Origin: an uncultured Lachnospiraceae bacterium
GTDB lineage: Bacteria > Bacillota > Clostridia > Lachnospirales > Lachnospiraceae
NCBI GenBank assembly: GCA_902783295.1
Contig: CACZQT010000234.1
Span: 1 to 32,006, forward strand
Reading direction: 5' to 3'
DNA: 32,006 nt
This document shows positions 24,692-32,006 of this stretch, one piece after another (position 1 is the stretch's first letter; the number at the start of each line of letters is the position of its first letter). The position numbers and the translations under genes are program-made. The notes under the pieces were generated by a model. It saw only the letters and a list, made by a program, of their open reading frames with translations, made no database searches and was not told where the DNA came from.

Positions 24692-26431
24692 TTACAGGCC
24701 TCTTGCCACATAGCTGGTGTGCAGCAGTTCGTGGGACTTATGGCTTCCGGGCTGCTTCAGGAACTCTTCGTAAACCTGCTTGACAACCGGGTTCTCATGG
24801 CTCTTTCTAAGGGTCATGCCTTCATCTTCGGAATACAGGCCGCCGGCACGGACAGCCCTGACGTCCACGAAGTTCCTGACGGAAGCAGGCTGATGAGGCT
24901 GGCCGCCGCCGTTTACGCAGCCGCCGGGGCATGCCATCACTTCGATGAACTGGTAATCAGCTTCGCCTCTCTTTACTCTTTCAAGGAGTTCGGATGCATT
25001 GCGGAGACCACTTGTAACAGCTACCTTAATCTTGGTTCCGGCCAGATCATACTCAGCTTCCTTGATGCCTTCTACGCCACGAACTTCGTGGAATTCAGGC
25101 GTTTCAAGAGGCTGGCCTGTAACGATCTCGGCCACGGTACGAAGAGCTGCTTCCATAACACCGCCGGTAGCACCGAAAATGTGGCCTGCGCCGGAAGCGA
25201 TGCCAAGAGCAGGGTCGCATTCTTCATCCGGAAGATCTGCAAATACGATGCCTGCGCGCTTGATCATTCTGGCAAGTTCGCGGGTGGTAATGGAGCAGTC
25301 CAGATCCGGATATCCGGAACCGGCCTGATCTTCTCTTCCGATTTCAAACTTCTTGGCCGTGCAGGGCATAACGGATACTACATAGATATCCTTCGGATCG
25401 ATTCCGGCCTTTTCAGCATAATAGGTCTTCACAAGAGCGCCGTACATCTGCTGAGGAGACTTGCAGGTGGACAGGTTCGGAATGAATTCAGGGTAATAAT
25501 GTTCGCAGAACTTGATCCAGCCGGGAGAACAGGAGGTGATCATCGGAAGAGTACCGCCGTTTTTCAGCCTTTCAAGAAGCTCTGTGCCTTCTTCCATAAT
25601 GGTGAAGTCCGCAGCAGTATCTACGTCAAAGACCTTATCCACGCCCAGTCTGCGGATGGCAGCGATCATCTTGCCTTCCACATTGGTGCCGATCGGCATA
25701 TCGAAATATTCACCCAGCTGTACACGTACAGAAGGAGCAGGGGCAACGACGACATGCTTGGTCGGATCCGCGATGGCGGCCCAGACCTTATCGGTATCAT
25801 CTTTTTCTGTAAGGGCTCCGGTCGGACAGACTGCCGTACACTGACCGCAGTTGACGCAGGAAGTATTGGACAGCGGCTCATCAAACGGGCTTCCGATATG
25901 AGTGATATAACCGCGGTTGTTTGCGCCGATAACTCCGGTATACTGGTTTGCTTTGCAGACGGCTACGCAGCGGCGGCAAAGGATACATTTGGAATTATCT
26001 CTTACCAGATGAACGGCTTCATCGATATCCGGTTTGATGGGCTCGGCGGGAGCAAACCTGTTCTGGTCTACGCCGTATTCCGCAGCCAGCTGACGAAGTT
26101 CGCAGTCATCCGAACGCACGCAGGAAAGGCACTCCATCCGATGGTTGGAAAGAATCAGTTCCAGAGTCATCTTTCTGTACTTCTGGATTTCGGGAGTGTT
26201 GGTAAATACTTCTGTGCCGTCGCGGTCCAGAGGATATACGCAGGCTGCGCAAAGGCCTCTGGCACCCTTTACTTCCACCAGGCAGATACGACATGCGCCG
26301 ATCGCGTTGATCTCACGAAGATAGCAGAGTGTGGGAATGCGGACGCCGGCTTTCTTTGCCGCATCAAGAATGGTGGTATTCTTTTCTACTTCAACTTCTA
26401 TTCCGTTAATTTTGACTTTGATCATTTCCAT
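24692..26431 (-). CDS. hydA: [FeFe]-hydrogenase catalytic subunit HydA of a HydABC (bifurcating-type) operon, with a variant P1 motif
   Basis: 579 aa from ATG 26431 (AAGGGG 10 nt upstream; the track starts at GTG 26440). It has a 2Fe-2S N-domain and 4Fe-4S motifs. P2 (MPCTAKKFE) and P3 (EVMACPGGCVNGGGQP) are intact, but P1 reads TSCSPGW (nt 25517-25537). Confidence 0.92.
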   Translation of the reverse strand: MEMIKVKINGIEVEVEKNTTILDAAKKAGVRIPTLCYLREINAIGACRICLVEVKGARGLCAACVYPLDRDGTEVFTNTPEIQKYRKMTLELILSNHRMECLSCVRSDDCELRQLAAEYGVDQNRFAPAEPIKPDIDEAVHLVRDNSKCILCRRCVAVCKANQYTGVIGANNRGYITHIGSPFDEPLSNTSCVNCGQCTAVCPTGALTEKDDTDKVWAAIADPTKHVVVAPAPSVRVQLGEYFDMPIGTNVEGKMIAAIRRLGVDKVFDVDTAADFTIMEEGTELLERLKNGGTLPMITSCSPGWIKFCEHYYPEFIPNLSTCKSPQQMYGALVKTYYAEKAGIDPKDIYVVSVMPCTAKKFEIGREDQAGSGYPDLDCSITTRELARMIKRAGIVFADLPDEECDPALGIASGAGHIFGATGGVMEAALRTVAEIVTGQPLETPEFHEVRGVEGIKEAEYDLAGTKIKVAVTSGLRNASELLERVKRGEADYQFIEVMACPGGCVNGGGQPHQPASVRNFVDVRAVRAGGLYSEDEGMTLRKSHENPVVKQVYEEFLKQPGSHKSHELLHTSYVARGL

Positions 26432-26445
26432 AATCTTCACACCCC

Positions 26446-28239
26446 TTATTTCTTCGAGATAGCACCGAACTTACATGTATCAATGCAGGTTCCGCACTTG
26501 ATGCACTTGCTCTGGTCTATGACATGAGGCTGTTTTACAGTACCGGAGATGGCGCTTACAGGGCACTTTCTCGCGCAGGCGGTGCAGCCCTTGCACTTGT
26601 CTGGATCGATCGTGAAGGAAAGAAGGTTCTTGCAGACACCTGCAGGACATCTCTTATCCACTACGTGCGCGATATATTCATCCCTGAAATATCTCAGAGT
26701 GGACAGCACGGGGTTCGGAGCTGTCTGACCGAGACCGCAGAGCGAATTGGCTTTGATGTACTTCGCAAGTTCTTCCAGCTTGTCAAGATCTTCCAGAGTT
26801 CCCTGGCCTTTAGTGATCTTGTCCAGGATCTCATACATACGTTTGGTACCGATACGGCAGGGCGTACATTTTCCGCAGGATTCGTCTACGGTGAACTCCA
26901 GGAAGAATTTCGCAATGTCAACCATGCAGTTGTCTTCATCCATAACGATCAGGCCGCCGGATCCCATCATGGAACCGATGGAAATCAGGTTGTCATAATC
27001 GATCGGGATGTCAAAGTGCTCTGCAGGAATGCATCCGCCGGAAGGACCGCCGGTCTGAGCTGCCTTAAACTTCTTGCCGTTCGGGATGCCGCCGCCGATC
27101 TCTTCTACGATTTCACGCAGGGTGGTTCCCATGGGAATTTCCACCAGACCGGTGTTTTTCACCTTGCCGCCAAGAGCGAATACCTTGGTTCCCTTGGACT
27201 TTTCAGTACCCATGGAAGCGAACCATTCCGGCCCCTTCAGGATGATCTGAGGAATATTGGCATATGTTTCAACATTGTTCAGAATGGTGGGTTTTCCGAA
27301 CAGGCCCTTGATAGCAGGGAACGGAGGTCTGGGTCTGGGCTCGCCGCGCTTGCCTTCGATGGAAGTCATCAGGGCAGTTTCCTCGCCGCACACGAATGCG
27401 CCGGCGCCAAGACGGATATCCAGATCGAAATCAAAGCCGGAACCAAGGATGTCCTTGCCAAGCAGACCATATTCCTTGGCCTGGCCGATGGCGATCTTCA
27501 GACGCTTTACAGCGATAGGATACTCGGCACGAACATAGATGTAGCCCTGATGAGCGCCGATCGCATAACCGGCAATGATCATGGCTTCGATGACAACGTG
27601 GGGATCGCCTTCCAGAACGGAACGGTCCATGAATGCACCGGGATCGCCTTCATCCGCGTTGCAGCAGACATATTTTTCAGGGCCGGGCTGAACCGCAGCA
27701 AACGACCACTTTACGCCGGTAGGGAAACCTGCGCCGCCGCGGCCGCGAAGGCCGGAGGCTTTCAGGGTATTGATGACGTCGTCCGGAGTCATCTCGGTAA
27801 GAACTTTACCAAGAGCCTGATATCCGTCATATGCGATATATTCATCAATAATTTCAGGGTTAATGATACCGCAGTTCCGGAGTGCAACTCTCTTCTGCTT
27901 CTTGTAGAAAGGAGTGTTGTCCAGGGATTTGATAGTGTTGCTTTCGGCATCTACAGAATCCTTATACAGAAGGCGCTGAACAATACGGCCTTTCAGCAGA
28001 TGCTCGGATACGATTTCCTTAACATCCTCGGGCGTCACACGTGAATAGAAAGAGCCCTCGGGATAGACGATCATAACAGGACCGTTTTCGCAAAGACCGA
28101 AACAGCCGGTACGGACAATGGCTACTTCCTCTTCCAGTCCGTTTGCCTTCAGCTCTGCCGCAAGAGTATCCTGGATTTTCTGGCTGCCCGAAGAAGTACA
28201 TCCGGTTCCGCCGCAGATAAGTACATGTGCACGATACAT
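26446..28239 (-). CDS. hydB: NADH-binding flavoprotein subunit HydB (NuoF-like, FMN + Fe-S)
   Basis: 597 aa with an N-terminal thioredoxin-like 2Fe-2S segment (ICGGTGC...CFGLCENGP). It has the FMN site GRGGAGFPTGVKW, the N3 cluster ESCGKCTPCRIG and two C-terminal ferredoxin motifs (CKGCTACARKCP, CIKCGTCIDTC). AAGGAGGAA precedes the ATG. Confidence 0.93.
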   Translation of the reverse strand: MYRAHVLICGGTGCTSSGSQKIQDTLAAELKANGLEEEVAIVRTGCFGLCENGPVMIVYPEGSFYSRVTPEDVKEIVSEHLLKGRIVQRLLYKDSVDAESNTIKSLDNTPFYKKQKRVALRNCGIINPEIIDEYIAYDGYQALGKVLTEMTPDDVINTLKASGLRGRGGAGFPTGVKWSFAAVQPGPEKYVCCNADEGDPGAFMDRSVLEGDPHVVIEAMIIAGYAIGAHQGYIYVRAEYPIAVKRLKIAIGQAKEYGLLGKDILGSGFDFDLDIRLGAGAFVCGEETALMTSIEGKRGEPRPRPPFPAIKGLFGKPTILNNVETYANIPQIILKGPEWFASMGTEKSKGTKVFALGGKVKNTGLVEIPMGTTLREIVEEIGGGIPNGKKFKAAQTGGPSGGCIPAEHFDIPIDYDNLISIGSMMGSGGLIVMDEDNCMVDIAKFFLEFTVDESCGKCTPCRIGTKRMYEILDKITKGQGTLEDLDKLEELAKYIKANSLCGLGQTAPNPVLSTLRYFRDEYIAHVVDKRCPAGVCKNLLSFTIDPDKCKGCTACARKCPVSAISGTVKQPHVIDQSKCIKCGTCIDTCKFGAISKK

Positions 28240-28251
28240 ACCATTTCCTCC

Positions 28252-28629
28252 TTATTTCGCGGCGTTTGCGGCACCGATGGTGTATTCGGTAACAACATTT
28301 CCGTTAACGATGTGATCCACCACAATCTTCTGGGCTTTATCCGCGTCTAATTTGACATAGGTGACCTTTTCCTTACCAGGTTCAAAAACTTCCGCCACAG
28401 GTTCGAACTGGCAGATACCGATGCATCCGGTCTGCGATACCGTTACATTCTTCAGCCCGCGCTTCGCAACTTCATTTACAAACGCGTTCAGAACCGGACG
28501 TGCACCGGCAGCAATACCACAGGTAGCCATTCCAACCACGATACGGGTATTATCGGGAGCATCTTCTCTCATTCCCATATCGCCGCGGGCCTTATCCCTT
28601 AATGCCTTAAGCTCTGCTAAGCTTTTCAT
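28252..28629 (-). CDS. Thioredoxin-like [2Fe-2S] ferredoxin (HydD-type small subunit)
   Basis: 125 aa with CGIAAG...CIGICQFEP cysteines, typical of the small 2Fe-2S protein found in Thermoanaerobacter-type hyd operons. GAGGAGGAA precedes the ATG. Confidence 0.8.
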   Translation of the reverse strand: MKSLAELKALRDKARGDMGMREDAPDNTRIVVGMATCGIAAGARPVLNAFVNEVAKRGLKNVTVSQTGCIGICQFEPVAEVFEPGKEKVTYVKLDADKAQKIVVDHIVNGNVVTEYTIGAANAAK

Positions 28630-28632
28630 GAT

Positions 28633-29187
28633 CTATTCCTCCTCATCAGTGTACAATGCTTCAATATTCTCTTTCAGATATTCTCCAACGAAAATCCTTA
28701 TTTCAGGGGTTTCCAGAGACACTCCTTCCAGAACTTCCTTCAGCTGTTCTGTCGAGACGGAAAATTCTCTTCCGTCCACGATATGAGTGTACATTACATT
28801 TACATCTTCATGGCTGCAGATCAGCAGCTGAATAGTAGATGCGATATCCCCGAGGGGCATGCGGTCTATATTTGTAAGTCCGAAGGTTGCACAGGTTTTT
28901 GTCCCGATACCCGGTTTCGATGAAATGGAGAACGTTCCACCGGACATCTCTGCCGCCATTTTAAAAAGCGGCACCCCCAGACCCACCTTTCGGGTGGTAC
29001 GTGTTGTGAAGAAAGGATCCGTCACCTGCGCCACCTGTTCTTCACTCATTCCGCAGCCGTCATCTTCAATAAGGATGGAAAGAATATCCGCAGCTGAATC
29101 TTCGACAATTCTTATGGTAACATTTTCTGCCTGTGCTCTCATGGAATTCTCAGCCACGTCAAGCACATTCATGGAAAGCTCCTGCAT
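28633..29187 (-). CDS. Stand-alone GHKL (histidine-kinase-like) ATPase embedded in the hyd operon
   Basis: 184 aa from ATG 29187, 1 nt after the hydC stop, with AAGGAAG 6 nt upstream; the track start is TTG 29211. It has an N-box (VAENSMRAQA), G1 (DDGCGM) and G2 (GLGVPL). There is no DHp/HisKA or sensor domain. Confidence 0.8.
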   Translation of the reverse strand: MQELSMNVLDVAENSMRAQAENVTIRIVEDSAADILSILIEDDGCGMSEEQVAQVTDPFFTTRTTRKVGLGVPLFKMAAEMSGGTFSISSKPGIGTKTCATFGLTNIDRMPLGDIASTIQLLICSHEDVNVMYTHIVDGREFSVSTEQLKEVLEGVSLETPEIRIFVGEYLKENIEALYTDEEE

Positions 29188-29188
29188 T

Positions 29189-29689
29189 TTAATCTTCCTT
29201 GTATTTTGCAAGGATTCCCGGAACCTGATCCGGCGTCATACGTCCGTAAACTTCTTCGTCGATCATGATAACCGGCGCCAGACCACAGGCACCTACACAG
29301 CGGCAGGCATCCAGGGAGAACTGCATATCAGGAGTGCATTCTCCACCCTTGATACCGAGTTCTTTCTGAATTCTTTCGTAAACCAGGCCGGAACCTTTTA
29401 CATAGCAGGCGGTTCCGAGACATACGGAGATTCTGTGCTTTCCCTTGGGATTCAGGGTAAACTGCGAATAGAAGGTGGCTACTCCGTACACTTCTTCAAA
29501 AGGAATATTCAGACCTTTTGCGATAATTCTCTGCACTTCCTCGGGCAGGTATCCGTAGATCTCCTGTGCTTCCTGAAGTATAGGCATAAGACATCCTCTT
29601 TCTGCCTTCAGACGTTCTATGACTTCAAGAAGAGCTTTTTCCTGCTCCGGAGTGCCGTGAAACGGTACTTTGGTGATCGAGTTTGCCAT
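29189..29689 (-). CDS. hydC: NuoE-like [2Fe-2S] subunit HydC
   Basis: 166 aa with the NuoE signature cysteines (CLGTACYVKG...CRCVGACGLAP). It is the first gene of the operon. Confidence 0.9.
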   Translation of the reverse strand: MANSITKVPFHGTPEQEKALLEVIERLKAERGCLMPILQEAQEIYGYLPEEVQRIIAKGLNIPFEEVYGVATFYSQFTLNPKGKHRISVCLGTACYVKGSGLVYERIQKELGIKGGECTPDMQFSLDACRCVGACGLAPVIMIDEEVYGRMTPDQVPGILAKYKED

Positions 29690-29770
29690 AATGGGTTCCT
29701 CTCTTCCTTTATGGATTGATTTGCAGTTGACAAAATGGATTCGTTAAAAAAATAACCCGCAATCCTATAT

Positions 29771-29799
29771 ACTATAGCAGACAAGTTCTTTTGGTTCAA
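29771..29799 (-). promoter_or_regulatory. SigA-type promoter of the hydC-hydA operon
   Basis: The minus strand reads TTGAAC-17 nt-TATAGT, about 75 nt upstream of ATG 29689. Confidence 0.5.
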
Positions 29800-29911
29800 T
29801 TACTTTTTTACGTTATTTTCTTATTCTCTCTTTGTATTATAAATATTAGAAGATAATGCCTGTTATTTTTGTCTGAAAGCTTTATTTGTTGCATATTCTT
29901 TCGCTTTTCCG

Positions 29912-29940
29912 TTGCTTTTCCGTCCTTCTTTTGCTATATT
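29912..29940 (+). promoter_or_regulatory. SigA-type promoter of the DRTGG/kinase/sensory-hydrogenase operon
   Basis: TTGCTT-17 nt-TATATT. The -35 is overlapped by a tandem direct repeat GCTTTTCCGT x2 (29903-29923). Confidence 0.45.
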
Positions 29941-30047
29941 TTATATTGAACGGAGAAGGCGTCCTTCTCCTTCAGGAGAAGTTAACAGCTGAAGCATGAA
30001 AAGCATAAAGGAGGCAGGCCGGTAAAGGTGCAATACGGCCAAATATT

Positions 30048-30401
30048 ATGACTGTAAGGGATATTATCAAAATTCTGGATGCGGAGCTTCTGTACGGCAA
30101 TGACGAACTGCTGGATCAGGAGGTTGCCCATGCGTGCGGAAGCGACATGATGAGCGATGTGCTGGCATTTGTGAAGGATCAGGCTGTTCTGCTTACCGGC
30201 CTGATCAACACCCAGGCTATCCGGACAGCTGAAATGATGGACATGAAATGCGTTATCCTGGTAAGAGGCAAGGATCCTCTGGAAAGTGTGATTGACCTGG
30301 CAAAAGACAGGGATATCTGTGTTCTGAAGACACCGCTTACCATGTTCAGTGCCTGCGGTCTCCTGTACGAGAACGGAATTCGTGGAGGAAAAAGCAAATG
30401 A
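30048..30401 (+). CDS. DRTGG domain protein
   Basis: 117 aa with GSDMMSDVLAF...VLLTGL...AIRTAEMMDMKCVILVRG, typical of DRTGG domains. There is no SD directly upstream (see the leader finding). Confidence 0.75.
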   Translation: MTVRDIIKILDAELLYGNDELLDQEVAHACGSDMMSDVLAFVKDQAVLLTGLINTQAIRTAEMMDMKCVILVRGKDPLESVIDLAKDRDICVLKTPLTMFSACGLLYENGIRGGKSK

Positions 30402-30811
30402 CGTTTCAGTATGACGTTCCGGGAGACGATTTCACACGCGCAGGTGAGGCCTCCGGAGATCTTAAGAAAAAAATGAAAAAGCTCGGTTTTCCCTCGGATG
30501 TCATCCGGAGAGTCTCCATCGCTCTTTATGAAGGGGAAATCAACATGGTAATCCATGCAAACGGCGGGCATATCACTGCAGAGGTGAGCTCAAAGGAAAT
30601 TGATCTTACTCTCGCCGATACCGGCCCCGGTATTCCCGATATTGAAAAAGCCATGCAGGACGGTTTCTCCACTGCTTCCGATCAGGTAAGAAATCTTGGA
30701 TTCGGTGCGGGCATGGGACTTCCGAATATGAAGCGGAATTCGGATGAAATCAGTATTGAAACGGAACTGGGTGTCGGAACCACCGTAAGAATGAAGATAT
30801 TAAACAAGTGA
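30398..30811 (+). CDS. RsbW/SpoIIAB-like GHKL serine kinase (anti-sigma-factor-type ATPase)
   Basis: 137 aa. Its ATG overlaps the upstream TGA (ATGA). It has an N-box (EGEINMVIHA), G1 (DTGPGI) and G2 (GFGAGMGLPN). Confidence 0.75.
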   Translation: MTFQYDVPGDDFTRAGEASGDLKKKMKKLGFPSDVIRRVSIALYEGEINMVIHANGGHITAEVSSKEIDLTLADTGPGIPDIEKAMQDGFSTASDQVRNLGFGAGMGLPNMKRNSDEISIETELGVGTTVRMKILNK

Positions 30812-30825
30812 AATGGGGTGTAGAT

Positions 30826-32006
30826 GTGTCTGAATTTGTACACAGTGTTACACTTGACAAGGATAAATGTCTTGGCTGCACAAACTGCATTAAGCGGTGC
30901 CCTACCAGCGCCATCAGGGTTCAGCAGGGGAAGGCCAAGATTCTTTCTGAACGCTGTATCGACTGTGGTGAGTGTATCCGGGTTTGCCCTCATCATGCGA
31001 AATCTGCCGTGTGTCAGGGACTGGATGTTCTGGATCAGTATGAATATACTGTCGCACTTCCGGCTCCGTCGCTGTATGCTCAGTTCAACAATCTGGACGG
31101 CCCCGGGACAGTCGTGGAAGGGCTTCGCCTGCTGGGCTTCAACGATGTGTTTGAAGTAGCCCAGGCTGCGGAGCTTGTTTCAGATGCCACAAGAAAATAT
31201 ATTAAGGCTTCCGGTCACGAAACTCCGCTGATCAGTTCAGCCTGCCCGACAATATCCAGACTGATCCGCATACGTTTTCCGGATCTTATTGATAAACTGC
31301 TTCCTCTTCTTACGCCTGCAGAACTTGCAGGAAAACTCGCCAGAGAGCGTGCCATGAAGGAAACAGGCCTTCCGGCAGAGAAAATAGGAATTGTATTTAT
31401 CTCTCCCTGCACGGCAAAGGCTTCCAGCATATACTCTCCCATCGGTCTTGAGAAAAGCTACATTGATGCCGTCATTCCTATCAAGGAAGTTTATACAAAA
31501 CTTGTAGGACTCCTGCAGCGGGCAGAAGAGACGTGCGACGTGTCGGACAGCGGACGTGTGGGAGTAAGCTGGGGATCCTCCGGCGGGGAAGCGGCTGCTC
31601 TGCTGTATGACGATTATCTTGCGGCAGACGGAATCGAAAACTGCATAAAAGTCCTGAACGAAATGGAGGACGAGAAACTCAAGAACATCCGGTTTGTGGA
31701 ATTGAATGCCTGTCCCGGCGGATGCGTCGGCGGTGTTCTCACGGTGGAAAATCCGTTTATCGCAAAAGTCAAGCTGATGTCTCTGAGAAAGTATCTTCCG
31801 CCATATAAAAACATTATTCCCGAAAAAGTGGTTCCTGATGATTATAAGTGGAGTTCCGAAATGGAATATCTCCCGGTGATGGAACTGGATCCGGATATGG
31901 AAAAAGCTTTTGCCATGATGGAGGAAATCGAACGGCTGACAGCCAAATTCCCCGGACTGAACTGCGGATCCTGCGGATCGCCGTCCTGCCGTGCACTGGC
32001 AGAAGA
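30826..32006 (+). CDS. HydS-like putative sensory [FeFe]-hydrogenase (5' part; continues past the window edge)
   Basis: Open frame from GTG 30826 (GGGGTG 5 nt upstream; the alternative GTG 30808 overlaps the upstream TGA) to the end of the window, so it is not in the ORF track. It has two ferredoxin motifs (CLGCTNCIKRCP, CIDCGECIRVCP) and degenerate H-cluster motifs SSACP (31234-31248), SPCTAKA and ELNACPGGCVGG. A CxxCxxxxC putative Fe-S motif (NCGSCGSPSCRALAE) lies at the edge. Confidence 0.8.
   Translation, partial: MSEFVHSVTLDKDKCLGCTNCIKRCPTSAIRVQQGKAKILSERCIDCGECIRVCPHHAKSAVCQGLDVLDQYEYTVALPAPSLYAQFNNLDGPGTVVEGLRLLGFNDVFEVAQAAELVSDATRKYIKASGHETPLISSACPTISRLIRIRFPDLIDKLLPLLTPAELAGKLARERAMKETGLPAEKIGIVFISPCTAKASSIYSPIGLEKSYIDAVIPIKEVYTKLVGLLQRAEETCDVSDSGRVGVSWGSSGGEAAALLYDDYLAADGIENCIKVLNEMEDEKLKNIRFVELNACPGGCVGGVLTVENPFIAKVKLMSLRKYLPPYKNIIPEKVVPDDYKWSSEMEYLPVMELDPDMEKAFAMMEEIERLTAKFPGLNCGSCGSPSCRALAE

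Noticed and set aside
29740-29758. Rex-type operator (TTGTTAA-N4-TTAACAA) in the hydCBA leader.
   Set aside because: The best candidate (GGGTTATTTTTTTAACGAA on the minus strand) matches one half-site 6/7 but the other only 4/7. No better site was seen at the other hydrogenase promoter.
30824-31159. Track ORF of 111 aa starting at ATG 30824.
   Set aside because: It is out of frame with, and fully inside, the open frame starting at GTG 30826. That frame encodes clear ferredoxin and hydrogenase motifs and stays open to the window edge. The 111-aa product has no recognisable features.

Overview
Chromosomal-looking, non-mobile region of a strictly anaerobic Firmicute (Clostridia-like; about 50% GC, AGGAGG-type Shine-Dalgarno sites, tightly coupled operons). 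I support 25 protein-coding genes and found no rRNA, tRNA, CRISPR array, transposase or integrase by eye. The window holds three [FeFe]-hydrogenase paralogues. (1) 144-3706 (-) is a catalytic HydA translationally coupled to a NuoF-4Fe4S/GltD-like flavoprotein, a glutamate-synthase-linked arrangement. (2) 24692-29689 (-) is a HydC / GHKL-ATPase / 2Fe-2S ferredoxin / HydB / HydA operon of the electron-bifurcating type, but its HydA reads TSCSPGW where the canonical H-cluster motif is TSCCPGW. (3) 30048-32006 (+), transcribed divergently, encodes DRTGG protein, an RsbW-like GHKL kinase, and a HydS-like putative sensory hydrogenase (SSACP motif). This last gene runs off the window edge and is missing from the supplied ORF track. 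Between these lie: an orphan carB; a DUF853/HerA-like ATPase, Nif11-like small protein and BspA-type LRR surface protein string; an MsbA-type ABC exporter; an operon of three phosphatase-type genes, including an unusual ComB-PncC fusion and thrH; a CapA-family gene preceded by a leader made of two tandem homologous stem-loops and followed by an untracked 57-aa two-TM ORF; and a sugar locus. The sugar locus comprises an N-acetylhexosamine-1-kinase (NahK) homologue and CUT1-type ABC binding protein plus two permeases, one with a ~267-aa four-TM N-terminal extension. It is divergently paired with a large uncharacterised DUF4914-like protein carrying an HprK/PEPCK-like P-loop. Many track ORFs are antisense shadows of these genes. 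Several track starts were moved to SD-supported internal starts. All family assignments come from motif recognition by eye, not from database searches.
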